Source of the DNA: an uncultured delta proteobacterium
GTDB lineage: Bacteria; Myxococcota_A; UBA9160; SZUA-336
Assembly: GCA_963704165.1 (NCBI GenBank)
Contig: CAVPHD010000012.1
Coordinates: 64,001 to 128,000 of the forward strand
Length of the DNA stretch: 64,000 nucleotides
Direction: 5' to 3'
In this document: piece by piece, positions 20,161 to 30,708 of the stretch
How the letters are laid out: the number at the start of each line of letters is the position of its first letter
How positions within the stretch are numbered: the stretch's first letter is position 1
Notes under the pieces: model-generated
What the model was told of the DNA's origin: nothing
Database searches by the model: none
Seen by the model: the letters and a program-made list of their open reading frames with translations, nothing else
Position numbers and translations under genes: made by a program

Positions 20161-23100
20161 GTGACCGACTCGAAAGACGCGCTCTTCGCCCTCGTCCTCG
20201 CCGAGCTCGAGCGAACGCTCGATCCACGCGAGCTCCGGCGTCGCGAGCGCGATGGGCTCGTCGAGCTCGCCCAGGATGCGGCGTACTTCGCCGAGCTGCG
20301 CGCGCCCGGGGAAGCGCGCGTGAGGGTCGCGTGTCCGGGAGGGTTTCGCGCTGGCCGGACCAGCGTCGAGATCCTCGCGTCCGATCAGCCTTTCATCGTC
20401 GATACCGTGCGGCTGGTGCTCCGGAAACGCGGACTGCGCGAGCTCGTCCTGTTGCATCCGCTGCTCGCGATCGAGCGCGACGTCGACGGCGGCATCGCGA
20501 GGGTGGGCCGGGACTCCGTCGATCGCACACGCGAGTCGTACGTCTACGCCGAAATCCACGCTCTCGAGGACGACGCAGGGCGTGCGAGTCTCGAATCCGA
20601 GCTCGAGAACGCGCTCGCCGACGCACGCAGGGTCGTCGGCGATCACGCGCCCATGCTCGCCAGCCTGCGCGAACACGCCGCGAGCATCGAGTCCTGCGCC
20701 GCCGCCCTCTCGGGAGGCGGGGATCGCGCGCGGAATCTCGCGGAGATCCTTCACTGGCTCGAGACCGAGGGTTTTCTCTTCATGGGGTATCGCCGCTACG
20801 CGGTGCACCGCGAAGTGGGAGGGTTCCGCGTCGCCCACGAGCCCTCGAGCGCGCTCGGCATCCTGACCGATGTGGACGACTCCCGCTTCGACGATCCCGC
20901 CGTGAGCGCGTCCGTGCCCCCGCTCGTCGCGTCGCGGCTCGAGGACGAACGCGTGATCTTCTTCGACAAGACACGCAGCGACTCGACGGTTCACCGTCGA
21001 GGGCGGCTCGACTCCGTATCGGTCAAGCTGCTCGACGAGCATGCGCGGGTCGTCGGCTTCGGACGGTTCGTCGGCATGCTCACGAACCGAGCGATGCGCA
21101 TGCGCCCCTCCGCGCTGGGGATTCTCGGAGCGCGGCGAGCGCGGGTCGTGGAATCGCTCGTGACCGAATCGGGCTCGCACACGCACAAGCTCGCGCTCGA
21201 GGCGTACGACTGCCTTCCCCTCGAGTTCCTGCTTCCAGCGGAGCATGACCAGGTGAGAAGGGTCGTCGCGAGCGTCGTTGCGGCGTCCGAAACGGGACAG
21301 ACCACGGTCGTGAGCGTGCCCGACCTCGAGAACCGGTCCTTCTTCGTCTCGGTCGTCCTTCCACGCCGGTCGTACGAGGAGCGCTTCCGAATCGAGATCG
21401 ATCGCCTCCTGGTGAACCGCCACGGCGCGAGCCGGATCGACCACCGGACCTCGTTCCTCGACGAGGATCTCGCACTCGTTCACTTCTTCTGCGCCTGCGA
21501 GTCCGATCTCGATCCGGGCGCGTTCGGCTCGCTCGAATTCGACGTGCGTGGCGTGGTCGAGCGCTGGCAGGATCGCTTCGAAGAGGCCATAGCGATCGCC
21601 CGGCCGAACGAACGAGCGTTCCAGCTCGCCGAGCGGTACGCGACGTCGTTTCCCGATTCGTATCGCGTCGTCACGTCGCCGGCCGAGGCCGTGCTCGACG
21701 TCGGCCATCTCGAGCGCCTGCGTAGCGGCGAGTCGAGCGTCGAGATCGGGCTCGACTTCGCCACCGCCTACGGCGACGCCCGCACCCACCGGCTCAAGCT
21801 GTATCTCTGCGAGCGACCGTACCTGACGGACATACTTCCGATCGTGCACCGGTTCGGCGTGCACGTCGTGGACGCGACGCTGACGGAGATCTCCATCCCG
21901 TCCCAACGGTCGCTGTGGGTGGTGTCGTTTCGGATCGAGCCGATCGAGGCCGACGGCGACCGGTCGGGCGCGGTCGAGGCGCGCGTGCTCGACGGACTGC
22001 GTGCGGTGCTCTCGGGGCGGGTCGGAAGCGACGAGTTGAATCGACTCGTGCTCGTGGCCGGTCTCGATTGGCGCACGGTCGACCTGCTTCGTGCCTATCT
22101 CGAGTACGCGAGGCAGATCGGACAGGCGCCGGCGTGGCTGCTCGCGTGCGAAGTGCTCGCACGACATCGCCACGCCGTGCGCGCGCTCGCCGAGCTGTTC
22201 CGTGCGCGCCTCGACCCGGATCTCGCATCGACGCGCGCGTCCGCGATCGCGCAGGCCACGCAGGCGCTCGCCGACGCCCGAAGCCCGATTCCCAGTGCCG
22301 CGGAGGATCGCGTCTTCGGCGTGCTCGAATCGCTGATCGCGGCGACGCTGCGGACGAGCTTCTTCGTCCCGTCGGGATTCGAGGCGAAGCACGAGATCGC
22401 CCTGAAGCTCGACTCACGTGCGATTCCCGGAATGCCCGCACCGGTGCCGCTCTGCGAGATCTTCGTCCATTCGATCGAGTTCGTCGGGATTCACCTGCGC
22501 GGCGGAAAGGTCGCTCGCGGCGGATTGCGCTGGAGCGATCGCTTGGGGGATCTCCGCACCGAGATTCTCGCGCTGTGGAAGACGCAGCGCGTGAAGAACG
22601 GGCTGATCGTTCCGGTGGGCGCCAAGGGTGGATTCGCATTGAAGCGCGGATCGCTCGATGCGAGCGCGGGGCGTGCCGAGGCCGACCGGATCTACCCGCG
22701 CTTCGTCGCCGCGTTGCTTCGTCTCACCGACGACGTGCGAGGTGAGCTCATCGTCGCTCCGGAGCGCGTGGTGCGACACGATGGCGACGATCCGTATCTC
22801 GTCGTCGCAGCCGACAAGGGCACGTCGCATCTATCCGACGTCGCGAATCGCGTCGCACAGGATGCGGGCTTCTGGCTCGGCGACGCCTTCGCCAGCGGCG
22901 GCAGCAACGGCTACGACCACAAGCGCTGTGCGATCACCGCTCGCGGCGCGTGGCTCTGCGCACATCGCCACTTCTCGGAGCTCGGCCGGGATCCGGAGCG
23001 CGAGGTCTTCACGGTCGCGGGAATCGGGGACATGTCGGGCGACGTCTTCGGCAATGGACTTCTGCTGATGCGCCGCGCGAAGCTCGTCGCCGCGTTCGAT

Positions 23101-24795
23101 CACCGTCACGTCTTCGTCGATCCGGATCCGGATCCGGAGCTCTCGTGGCGAGAGCGCAAGCGCCTCTTCGAGCTGCCGCGCTCTTCGTGGGCCGACTACG
23201 CGCGTGAACGGATCAGCGCGGGCGGCGGCGTCTTCGAGCGCGGCGCGAAGCGCATCGGTCTCTCGCCGCAGGCTCGGCGCGCGCTCGCGACGGATGCGGA
23301 GTTCCTGTCGGGTGAGGAGCTGATTCGCGCGACTCTGCGCGCACCCGTCGATCTGCTCTGGAACGGCGGGATCGGCACGTACGTGAAGGGCTCGTCCGAG
23401 GCTCACGACGACGCGGATGATCGCGCGAACGACGGGGTGCGGATCGACGCGCGCGAGCTCCGTGCGCGCATCGTCGTCGAAGGCGGCAATCTCGGGCTGA
23501 CGCAGGCTGCGCGCGTCGAGCTCGCGCGTGCGGGGGTTCGCATCGACACCGACGCGATCCACAATTCCGGTGGAGTCGATCTCTCCGATCACGAGGTCAA
23601 CTACAAGATCCTGCTCGCGGGGAGCGTAACCGATGGCTCGCTCGGCCTCCCAGAGCGGAACGCGGTCTTGCGCGCCTGTGTCGACGAGGCGGCGGAGGAC
23701 GTGCTCTCCCACAACGCGAGCCAGAGCCTGTGCCTGTCCCTGGACCTGCTTCGCGCGAGCGACGCTCCGGAGCGGATCGCCGACGCCGCGGCGTTCCTGG
23801 TGCGCCACGCGGAGCTCGACGCCGTGCTCGAGGGCCTGCCCGAGAGCGGTGCGCATCGCGCGCGCATCTCGACCGGCGGTGCGAGTGCGGCATGGACGCG
23901 CCCGGAGCTCGCGATCCTGCTCGCCTACACGAAGCTCCTCGCCAAGCGCTCGCTCGCGCGCTCGGACATGATCGACCAGCCCGAGCTCGCCGGACTCCTG
24001 CACGAATATTTCCCAACGCGCCTGCGCGCATCGTTCCGCTCCGCGATCGACGCTCACCGGCTTCGGCGCGAGATCAAGGCGCTCGTGCTCGCGAACAGGG
24101 CCATCGACCGCGCCGGGGTGACACTCGTTCCCGAGCTGGCGCGAACGCTCGCCGTCGACGTGAGCGACGTGCTCGGGGCCTGGTGGACGGCCGATCAGCT
24201 TCTCGGTGCCGAACCGATGCGCGTCTCGATCGCCTCGAAGTACGCGACCGAGGACGAGCGTCTTCGCGCGCGGCTTCGGCTCGAGGATTCGGTTCGCGAC
24301 GTCGCGGCATTGCGACTGGGCCTGGAACGCCGCGCGCTTCTTGCGCCCGACGAGCTCGATCGGTGCCGTGAAGGTCTGGCAGAGCTGCGCTCGCTGGTCG
24401 CTCCGGGACGAGACGATCTCGACGCGCTGCCGGTGCTCGTCCGGGCGCTGGGCGCGCTCGTCGCCTCGCAGAGAACGCAGGCTCCGCTCTCGCGCGCGCT
24501 CGAGCTCTGGACCGAGCTCGGGGATCGAACGCACGTCACCTGGCTGCTCGACAGGCTCGCGAGCATCGCGCAGCCCGATGCGTGGAGCCGGATCTGTGCC
24601 GCATCGATCGCTCTGGACGCGACGCGCGTGCTCTGCGAACTCTGCGAACGGGAGCTCACCAGCGAAGGCGGTGGACGCGCAGAGCTCGACGCTCAGGTCG
24701 GCGCGATCGCTCGTCTCGCGGCCGAGATCGAGGCTGGAGAGCGCAGTCTCTCGCCGCTGCTCGTGCTCTCGCAGCGAATCCGACGCCTGTGCTAG
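20161..24795 (+). CDS. gdhB: Large NAD-specific glutamate dehydrogenase
   Basis: ARGGLRWSDR, VKNGLIVPVGAKGGF, YLVVAADKGT, GIGDMSGDVFGNG, NSGGVDLSDHEVN. Confidence 0.95.
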   Translation: MTDSKDALFALVLAELERTLDPRELRRRERDGLVELAQDAAYFAELRAPGEARVRVACPGGFRAGRTSVEILASDQPFIVDTVRLVLRKRGLRELVLLHPLLAIERDVDGGIARVGRDSVDRTRESYVYAEIHALEDDAGRASLESELENALADARRVVGDHAPMLASLREHAASIESCAAALSGGGDRARNLAEILHWLETEGFLFMGYRRYAVHREVGGFRVAHEPSSALGILTDVDDSRFDDPAVSASVPPLVASRLEDERVIFFDKTRSDSTVHRRGRLDSVSVKLLDEHARVVGFGRFVGMLTNRAMRMRPSALGILGARRARVVESLVTESGSHTHKLALEAYDCLPLEFLLPAEHDQVRRVVASVVAASETGQTTVVSVPDLENRSFFVSVVLPRRSYEERFRIEIDRLLVNRHGASRIDHRTSFLDEDLALVHFFCACESDLDPGAFGSLEFDVRGVVERWQDRFEEAIAIARPNERAFQLAERYATSFPDSYRVVTSPAEAVLDVGHLERLRSGESSVEIGLDFATAYGDARTHRLKLYLCERPYLTDILPIVHRFGVHVVDATLTEISIPSQRSLWVVSFRIEPIEADGDRSGAVEARVLDGLRAVLSGRVGSDELNRLVLVAGLDWRTVDLLRAYLEYARQIGQAPAWLLACEVLARHRHAVRALAELFRARLDPDLASTRASAIAQATQALADARSPIPSAAEDRVFGVLESLIAATLRTSFFVPSGFEAKHEIALKLDSRAIPGMPAPVPLCEIFVHSIEFVGIHLRGGKVARGGLRWSDRLGDLRTEILALWKTQRVKNGLIVPVGAKGGFALKRGSLDASAGRAEADRIYPRFVAALLRLTDDVRGELIVAPERVVRHDGDDPYLVVAADKGTSHLSDVANRVAQDAGFWLGDAFASGGSNGYDHKRCAITARGAWLCAHRHFSELGRDPEREVFTVAGIGDMSGDVFGNGLLLMRRAKLVAAFDHRHVFVDPDPDPELSWRERKRLFELPRSSWADYARERISAGGGVFERGAKRIGLSPQARRALATDAEFLSGEELIRATLRAPVDLLWNGGIGTYVKGSSEAHDDADDRANDGVRIDARELRARIVVEGGNLGLTQAARVELARAGVRIDTDAIHNSGGVDLSDHEVNYKILLAGSVTDGSLGLPERNAVLRACVDEAAEDVLSHNASQSLCLSLDLLRASDAPERIADAAAFLVRHAELDAVLEGLPESGAHRARISTGGASAAWTRPELAILLAYTKLLAKRSLARSDMIDQPELAGLLHEYFPTRLRASFRSAIDAHRLRREIKALVLANRAIDRAGVTLVPELARTLAVDVSDVLGAWWTADQLLGAEPMRVSIASKYATEDERLRARLRLEDSVRDVAALRLGLERRALLAPDELDRCREGLAELRSLVAPGRDDLDALPVLVRALGALVASQRTQAPLSRALELWTELGDRTHVTWLLDRLASIAQPDAWSRICAASIALDATRVLCELCERELTSEGGGRAELDAQVGAIARLAAEIEAGERSLSPLLVLSQRIRRLC

Positions 24796-24805
24796 GGTTC
24801 GCCGC

Positions 24806-24895
24806 GGAGAGATGCCGGAGCGGTTGAACGGGGCGGTCTCGAAAACCGTTGTACCCTTACGGGTACCGGGGGTTCAAATCCCTCTCTCTCCGCCA
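24806..24895 (+). tRNA. tRNA-Ser (anticodon CGA)
   Basis: GGAGAGA/TCTCTCC acceptor stem, anticodon loop CTCGAAA, long variable arm, GGTTCAAATCC T arm, encoded CCA. Confidence 0.97.
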
Positions 24896-24916
24896 ACTTC
24901 TCCCCGCGCAGCCTGA

Positions 24917-25594
24917 ATGGAAAAGCTCGTCTACGTCCTGTTCGGAAGGGTGTCGGCAAGCCCCGCCGCGATCGCGCGTGAGCTGGGGACGTTCGGTGCG
25001 CAGCGCATCACCGTCAACGCGTCCGACGAACACGTGACCGCGAAGCTCGGCTCACGCATCACGCGCCTCGACCCCACACTCGGCGCCGTGGTTTCGTTCT
25101 GGGTCGAGGCGTGCCTCGATCGGAGCCCGATCGAGCGCGCGCTCGCGATCGCATCGGAACGGCTCGCCGGCTACTCGGTGCTCGAATCCGTCGCGCTCCC
25201 GAACCGCACGCACGTCGCGGCGGATTCGGAACGCACGCCGGGCATCAACATGATCGCGTGCATCGCGCCCAAGGCAGGGCAATCGTACGACGCCTGGCTC
25301 GAATACTGGCTCGAGGAACACCGGGGCGTCGCGCTCGAAGTGCAGGCCAGCTACGCGTACGTGCGCAACGTCGTCGTGCGTCCGCTCACGCCCGGCGCTC
25401 CACCCTGGAAGGGAATCGTCGAGGAGGGATTTCCGTCCGACGCCGTCGGCGATCCGATGGTCTGGTACAAGGCCGACGGTTCCCGGCAGAAGCTCGAGAC
25501 GAATCTCGCCCGCATGCTCGCGAGCTGTCGGCGGTTTCTCGACCTCGAGCAGGTCGAGTCCCACCCCTTCTCGGAGTACCGCTTCGGGCGCTGA
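24917..25594 (+). CDS. EthD-domain protein
   Basis: WLEYWLEEH..YVRNVVVRPLT..GIVEEGF. Confidence 0.75.
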   Translation: MEKLVYVLFGRVSASPAAIARELGTFGAQRITVNASDEHVTAKLGSRITRLDPTLGAVVSFWVEACLDRSPIERALAIASERLAGYSVLESVALPNRTHVAADSERTPGINMIACIAPKAGQSYDAWLEYWLEEHRGVALEVQASYAYVRNVVVRPLTPGAPPWKGIVEEGFPSDAVGDPMVWYKADGSRQKLETNLARMLASCRRFLDLEQVESHPFSEYRFGR

Positions 25595-25600
25595 CCGCTC

Positions 25601-27246
25601 CTACGCTTTCTCGCGCAGATCCGGCAGGCGGTATCCCTCCGCTTCGAGACGCGCGCGGATCGCCTTCTTGTCGAGCTTGCCCGTCGACGTCAGCGGAACC
25701 GAATCGACGAACAGCACGTCGTCGGGCAAGCTGCCACTTCGCGAAGCGCACCGGCGCAGTGCGCAGCGACTGCCTCGGGCGTGATCTCGGAACCGGCGCG
25801 GCGCACGACCAGCGCGACCGGGCGCTCGTCCCACTTCGGGTGCGGTTGCGCGACGACCGCGGCCTTGGCGACGCCGGGCAGTGCCGACGATGTGGTTCTC
25901 GAGATCGACCGACGAGATCCACTCGCCGCCGGACTTGATCAGATCCTTCGAGCGATCGGAGATGATCAGGTACTGCTCGGGATCGATCTTGGCGACGTCG
26001 CCGGTGACGAGCCAGCCGTCGTGGAACTTGTCGGGCTGCGGGTCGTTGAAGTACTCCGAGCAGATCCACGGGCCGCGGATCAGCAGCTTCCCGGCCGCGC
26101 GCCGTCGTGCGGCAGCGGCTTCCAGTCGTCGTCGACGATCTCGATCTCGAGCCCGGGCATCAGCAGGCCGGCCTTCGCGTTGTTCTCGAACTGGGCGTCG
26201 AGCGAGAGCTCGCGGTGCGTGCGCTTGGCGACGCGGCGCGAGAGCGTGCCGAGCGGATTGGTCTCGGTCATGCCCCAGCCCTGGATCATCTCGACGCCGA
26301 GGCGGTCCCAGAACCAGCGCATCAGCGAGACCGGCGGCGCAGAGCCGCCGCAGGTGAGCCGCTCGAGCTTCGACAGATCCCAGCGCTCGGGCTCGGCTTC
26401 GATCGCCGCGCGCGCGCCCTGCCAGATCGTCGGCACTCCCGCGGAGATCGTGACCTGCTCCGCGGCCATCAGGTCGAGCAGGGACTTCGGATCCATGAAC
26501 CGGTGCGGCATGACCTGCTTCGCGCCGAGCATCGTGGCGGCGAACGGCAAGCCCCAGCCCATGGCGTGGAACATGGGCACGATGCCGCAGACGCTGTCGG
26601 TCGCCGACAGCGCGATCGCGTCGGTCATCGACTGCGCCATCGTGTGCAGGTAGGTCGAGCGGTGCGTGTACATCACGCCCTTCGGATTGCCGGTGGTTCC
26701 GCTCGTGTAGCAGAGGCCCATCGGCGCGTTCTCGTCGAGCTCGGGCCAGCGGTATTCCGTCGGCGCGGAGCCGATGAATTCCTCGTAGTCGATCGCGTTC
26801 TCGAAGCTCGTCTCGAATCCGCCGGACTCGGTGCCGACGACGATCAGCTCGACGCTCGGCAGCTTTCCGCGCAGCGGCTCGAGCAGCGGCAGCAGGTCCG
26901 CATCGACGAGCAGGACGCGATCGGAGGCGTGATTGACGATGTACTCGAGCTCGCGCGGCGAGAGCCGGATGTTCAGCGTGTGCAGCACCGCTCCCATCGA
27001 GGGCAGCGCCTGGTACGTCTCGAGGTGACGGCGGCCGTTCCACATGAACGTCGCGACTCGGTCGCCGATCGAGATTCCACGCCGTCGCAGCGCGTTCGCG
27101 AGCTGGCACGCGCGCGCGCGGGTCTCGGCGTAGCTCTGTCGCTGCGTGCCCTTCGAGGTCGCGGTGACGATCTCTTCGTCGGGCGAGAGCCGTGCACCAC
27201 GATCGAGCAGGCGCGACAGGAGAAGAGGCGTGCGTTGCATCGTCAT
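25601..27246 (-). CDS. Fatty acid-CoA ligase (AlkK/DmdB-like); several frameshifts in 25700-26100
   Basis: YTSGTTGNPKG, QGWGMTET, TGD, DRSKDLIKSGGE, TSTGK. Confidence 0.9.
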
Positions 27247-27311
27247 GGCTGGATCAGCTCCTTCCGAAATCGCCGAAGATCTTCATTCTCGGCGCGGGGA
27301 AGGGGCCCTGT

Positions 27312-29009
27312 CTACTGGCGCCAGCGACCCTCGAAGCGCAGACGACCATCGATCTCGCTCAGGATCAGGCGCTGCTCGTCCTGGGTGCGAAAGCGACCGT
27401 TCGCATCGCGGAACGCGTAGCTGACGATCAGCCGCAGGTACACGCGGCCCTCTTGCGAGCGCTCTTCGTCGATCTCCGCCGCGACGAGTCGGAAGCCGTC
27501 TCGCGAGTCCGGTGTGCCGGCGAACTCCGCGGGCTCGTCGCGGAACCCGAGCGCTTCGAGCCGCGCAGGGTCTCCGCTCGCGAGCGCGGCGAGCCAATCG
27601 GTGAGAAAGCTCTCGACCGGCCTCGTGAGCTCGAAACCGCTGAAGCTCTGCGCCGCTCCATCGGCCTCCGGCGCGGGTGCCGCGGGGATGCTCGGCTCGG
27701 GAGGCGGTTCGAGCCTGGCGGGCGCCGGCGCGGGAATCGGGGTCGGCTCCGGTGCCGGCGCGATCTCGGCCTTCGCGACCGGCTTCTCCGCCCGCTTGGC
27801 GACCGGCTTCTCCACGGGCTTCGCAACCGGCTTCGCGACGGGCTTCACGGCTTCGGGCAGAGCCGGCTGCGCGGCGGGAGCAGGCGCAGGCGGTCGCACG
27901 CGGACGAGCGCCGGGCTCGGCTTCGGCGCGTGGCTCTCGGCGATCGAGCCGGTCTTCGCGGTGTAGGTCCAGAGCCCGAATCCCGCGAGGACGATCCCGA
28001 GTGTCACGAACACTCCGACGAGCAGCGAGAACGGGTCGAGCGCGCGGCGCGCTCGGACCGGCGTCATGCGCGGAATCTGGATCTGCTGATCGGCGGGCAG
28101 CTGGAAGACCGGCTCCGACACGGCGCTCGGTGCGGTCTCGGGCCCCGCGTCGTCGGCGGGACCCGGTGGATCCGCGACGACCTCTGCGATCTCGGTTGAG
28201 ATGTCCGCAAACGACATCTCGGATTCCGCGGAGGGTGCATCCGCGGGCGAATCGGGAACTGCTGCGACGACGACCGAAACGTTGTCCGCGCCACCGACCG
28301 CGTTCGCGGCTTCGACGAGCGCGAGCGCGGACTGCTCGGGCGTACCCGAAGCGAGCGCGAGCCCGAGCGCGCGTTCCTGAACGTACCCGTGCAGGCCGTC
28401 CGAGCAGAGCAGAAGCCGATCCCCGGGCCGAAGATCGACCTCGACGAGATCGACCGTCACGTCGGGCGCCTGACCGAGCGCGCGCATGAGCTCGTGGCGT
28501 CGGGGGTGCGTCTTCGCCGCCTCGCTCGTGATCACACCGAGGGAGATCCACTCGGTCATGAGCGAGTGGTCCCGCGTCAGCGATTCGAGCGCGCGATCGC
28601 GCAGCCGATAGCAGCGGCTGTCACCGACCCAGGCGAGCCAGACGCGACCGTCCGGCGCGAGCAGTGCCGCGACGACGGTCGTGCCCATTCCGCGAAGCTC
28701 GGAGTCGTCGAGTGCCCGCGTGTAGATCTCTTCGTTCGCAAGCTCGAGGCTGCGTCGAAGCCGCTGCTCGGGTGCGCCGTTCGGCTCGCGAAAGACGCGC
28801 TCGACGGACTCCAGGCAGATCCGACTCGCGGTCTGACCACCGCGATGTCCTCCCATTCCGTCGGCGACGATCAGAAGCCGCTCGCGCAGCTCGTTCTCGA
28901 GTACCGCGAGGGCGTCCTGATTCTCGGCGCGAACGCGTCCCGCGTCCGAGAGCGACGCAATCGCGGTCGTCTCGTACCCGGGCGCGCCGAGCGCGTCGAT
29001 GCCCTGCAT
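27312..29009 (-). CDS. PP2C (Stp1-type) phosphatase with TM, Pro-rich linker and C-terminal domain
   Basis: RAENQD, VADGMGG, VGDSR, LCSDGL, DN; TM LLVGVFVTLGIVLAGFGLW; KPVA repeats. Confidence 0.9.
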   Translation of the reverse strand: MQGIDALGAPGYETTAIASLSDAGRVRAENQDALAVLENELRERLLIVADGMGGHRGGQTASRICLESVERVFREPNGAPEQRLRRSLELANEEIYTRALDDSELRGMGTTVVAALLAPDGRVWLAWVGDSRCYRLRDRALESLTRDHSLMTEWISLGVITSEAAKTHPRRHELMRALGQAPDVTVDLVEVDLRPGDRLLLCSDGLHGYVQERALGLALASGTPEQSALALVEAANAVGGADNVSVVVAAVPDSPADAPSAESEMSFADISTEIAEVVADPPGPADDAGPETAPSAVSEPVFQLPADQQIQIPRMTPVRARRALDPFSLLVGVFVTLGIVLAGFGLWTYTAKTGSIAESHAPKPSPALVRVRPPAPAPAAQPALPEAVKPVAKPVAKPVEKPVAKRAEKPVAKAEIAPAPEPTPIPAPAPARLEPPPEPSIPAAPAPEADGAAQSFSGFELTRPVESFLTDWLAALASGDPARLEALGFRDEPAEFAGTPDSRDGFRLVAAEIDEERSQEGRVYLRLIVSYAFRDANGRFRTQDEQRLILSEIDGRLRFEGRWRQ

Positions 29010-29038
29010 GAGTCCCTTATCGACCGGCGCGCGCGGGT

Positions 29039-30412
29039 TTAGATGCGAATCGTCCGCCAATGGCCGGCACGGAAACGCATCACGAATGCAATGGACAGCA
29101 CGAGCACGTAGACGAGCTCGCCAACCCACGCCCCGAAGACGCCGCCCTGCATCCAGATGGCGGCGACGTACACGACTGGCAGCCGCAAGGCCCAGGCCAG
29201 CGTGGCCTGGACGGCGAATGGCCAGCGAGTATCGCCGGCTCCGCGGAGCGATCCACTCGCGACGATGCCGACCGCGTCGATCACCTGGAAGAAGGCACCG
29301 AGCAGGAGCAGCGGTCGCGCCAGCTCGAGCACATCCACGTCGCGCGAGAAGATCCCGAGAAGCGCCTCGGGGACAGCGACGAACAGCACCGCCACGAGCA
29401 GTGCGAGTCCGAGCGCGAGCATCTGTGCCGAGAAGTAGCTGCGCTGCGCGGCCTCGAGATCTCGCGCCCCGATGTAGCGTCCGACCAGCGTGCCCGAAGC
29501 GATCGCGATCGCGATCGCCTGCATGAACGACACCGAGAGCAGCTGCAACATCGCCTGACTCGCCGCCATCGAGACGTCACCCATCCGGGCGATGATCGAG
29601 CCGAAGATCGCGAACGTCGTCATGTCGAGCAGCCACTGGCCACCGATCGGCGCACTCGTGCGCAGGAATCGCAGCATCGCCTCGCGCTCCGGTCTACACG
29701 GCTGCGTGTGATAGCGAACTCGGAGAGTACGGCGCAGAGCCGCCGCGGCGAGGATCACGAGGATCGCCCAGCTGCCGGCCGAGATCGCGATGCCGGCGCC
29801 GGAGACACCGAGCTTCGGCATTCCAAGCTCGCCGAAGATCAGCCCGTACGCGAGCACCACGTTCACGGCGATCCCACCGAGCACGGCGTACAAAGGGGTG
29901 CGCGTATCGCCGATCCCGCGGAAGAAGCTCATGAAGACGAAATTCCCGACGACGGCCGGACCTCCCGGTAGGCGTGCGTATCCGTAGTCGATCGCGGCCG
30001 CCGCGAGTTCGGGCGACGGGCCGATCCACGTGATCAGGAGCGGGAGCAAGAATGCCACCGCGAACATCCAGAGCGTCATCGCGGGAACGAGAAGCCAGAT
30101 CGCCTGCCAGATCCACGGGCCGCAGCGCGTCTGCTCGTTCGCACCGTCGTGTCGAGACACGAACGCTTGAACGCCCTGCCCCGTTCCGGTGAACGGAACG
30201 AAGAGGGTCCAGATCCAGATTCCCGCGAACCCGATCGCACCGAGCTCGGTGGCGCCAAGCCGGCCGACCATCGCCGAGTCGATGAGCTGCATGATCGTCT
30301 CGGAGATCGACTGGACGACGACGGGGAAGGCGAGGAGCGCCACCTCACCGACACTCCCGTTGCGCGGAGTGATCACGGTTGTGTCGCTCGAAGTTTCTGC
30401 CTGTACTGACAT
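29039..30412 (-). CDS. MATE family efflux transporter
   Basis: IDSAMVGRLG, FRGIGDTRTP, LRGAGDTR; many TMs. Confidence 0.93.
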   Translation of the reverse strand: MSVQAETSSDTTVITPRNGSVGEVALLAFPVVVQSISETIMQLIDSAMVGRLGATELGAIGFAGIWIWTLFVPFTGTGQGVQAFVSRHDGANEQTRCGPWIWQAIWLLVPAMTLWMFAVAFLLPLLITWIGPSPELAAAAIDYGYARLPGGPAVVGNFVFMSFFRGIGDTRTPLYAVLGGIAVNVVLAYGLIFGELGMPKLGVSGAGIAISAGSWAILVILAAAALRRTLRVRYHTQPCRPEREAMLRFLRTSAPIGGQWLLDMTTFAIFGSIIARMGDVSMAASQAMLQLLSVSFMQAIAIAIASGTLVGRYIGARDLEAAQRSYFSAQMLALGLALLVAVLFVAVPEALLGIFSRDVDVLELARPLLLLGAFFQVIDAVGIVASGSLRGAGDTRWPFAVQATLAWALRLPVVYVAAIWMQGGVFGAWVGELVYVLVLSIAFVMRFRAGHWRTIRI

Positions 30413-30429
30413 GAGTGGAACCTGCCGGG

Positions 30430-30471
30430 AAAGCCGAAGGCCGCGGTCGCTCTCGCGTCCGCGGCCTTCGG
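30430..30471 (-). terminator. Terminator/attenuator-like hairpin just upstream of MATE
   Basis: Perfect 13 bp arms 30434-30446 and 30459-30471, inner CGC-GAGA-GCG loop on minus strand, followed by CTTT. Confidence 0.6.
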
Positions 30472-30495
30472 TGAGTCCCCCTATCCAGGGTCGAA

Positions 30496-30603
30496 TCAAT
30501 CTGAGGCGGGCGCGAGTGTCCTCTTTGCGTCGGTGCGGGCCAGTGGCGAGCGATTGCGCTCGACTGGCGCGCAGGGGCACGCGACGGCGTCGGTGTTCAT
30601 CAT
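30496..30603 (-). CDS. Small ORF, 35 aa, putative leader peptide
   Basis: MMNTDAVACPCAPVERNRSPLARTDAKRTLAPASD; SD AGGGAGGG; own promoter upstream. Confidence 0.45.
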   Translation of the reverse strand: MMNTDAVACPCAPVERNRSPLARTDAKRTLAPASD

Positions 30604-30635
30604 CGGTGTCCCTCCCTGCCTCGAATCGGTCGCCG

Positions 30636-30664
30636 AGGTTATCGCGGACCCCGCCGAGAAGCAA
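30636..30664 (-). promoter_or_regulatory. Sigma70-type promoter of the small ORF/MATE unit
   Basis: TTGCTT (30664-30659), 17 bp, TAACCT (30641-30636). Confidence 0.6.
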
Positions 30665-30708
30665 CGCTCTTCTACTTCCCGGACCGCCTTGCCGAAGCGA
30701 GAGGGGAC

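Noticed and set aside
24806..25600. tRNA-Ser as island integration site
   Set aside because: No integrase, no duplicated tRNA 3' end seen, no compositional shift downstream.
30490..30600. c-di-GMP-I riboswitch (GACGCAAAG on minus strand)
   Set aside because: Upstream GGCAAA/GAAA-loop stem and downstream P3 consensus are missing.
30496..30603. Type I toxin
   Set aside because: mRNA end-to-end pairing fits, but the peptide has no hydrophobic helix and no antisense unit is evident.
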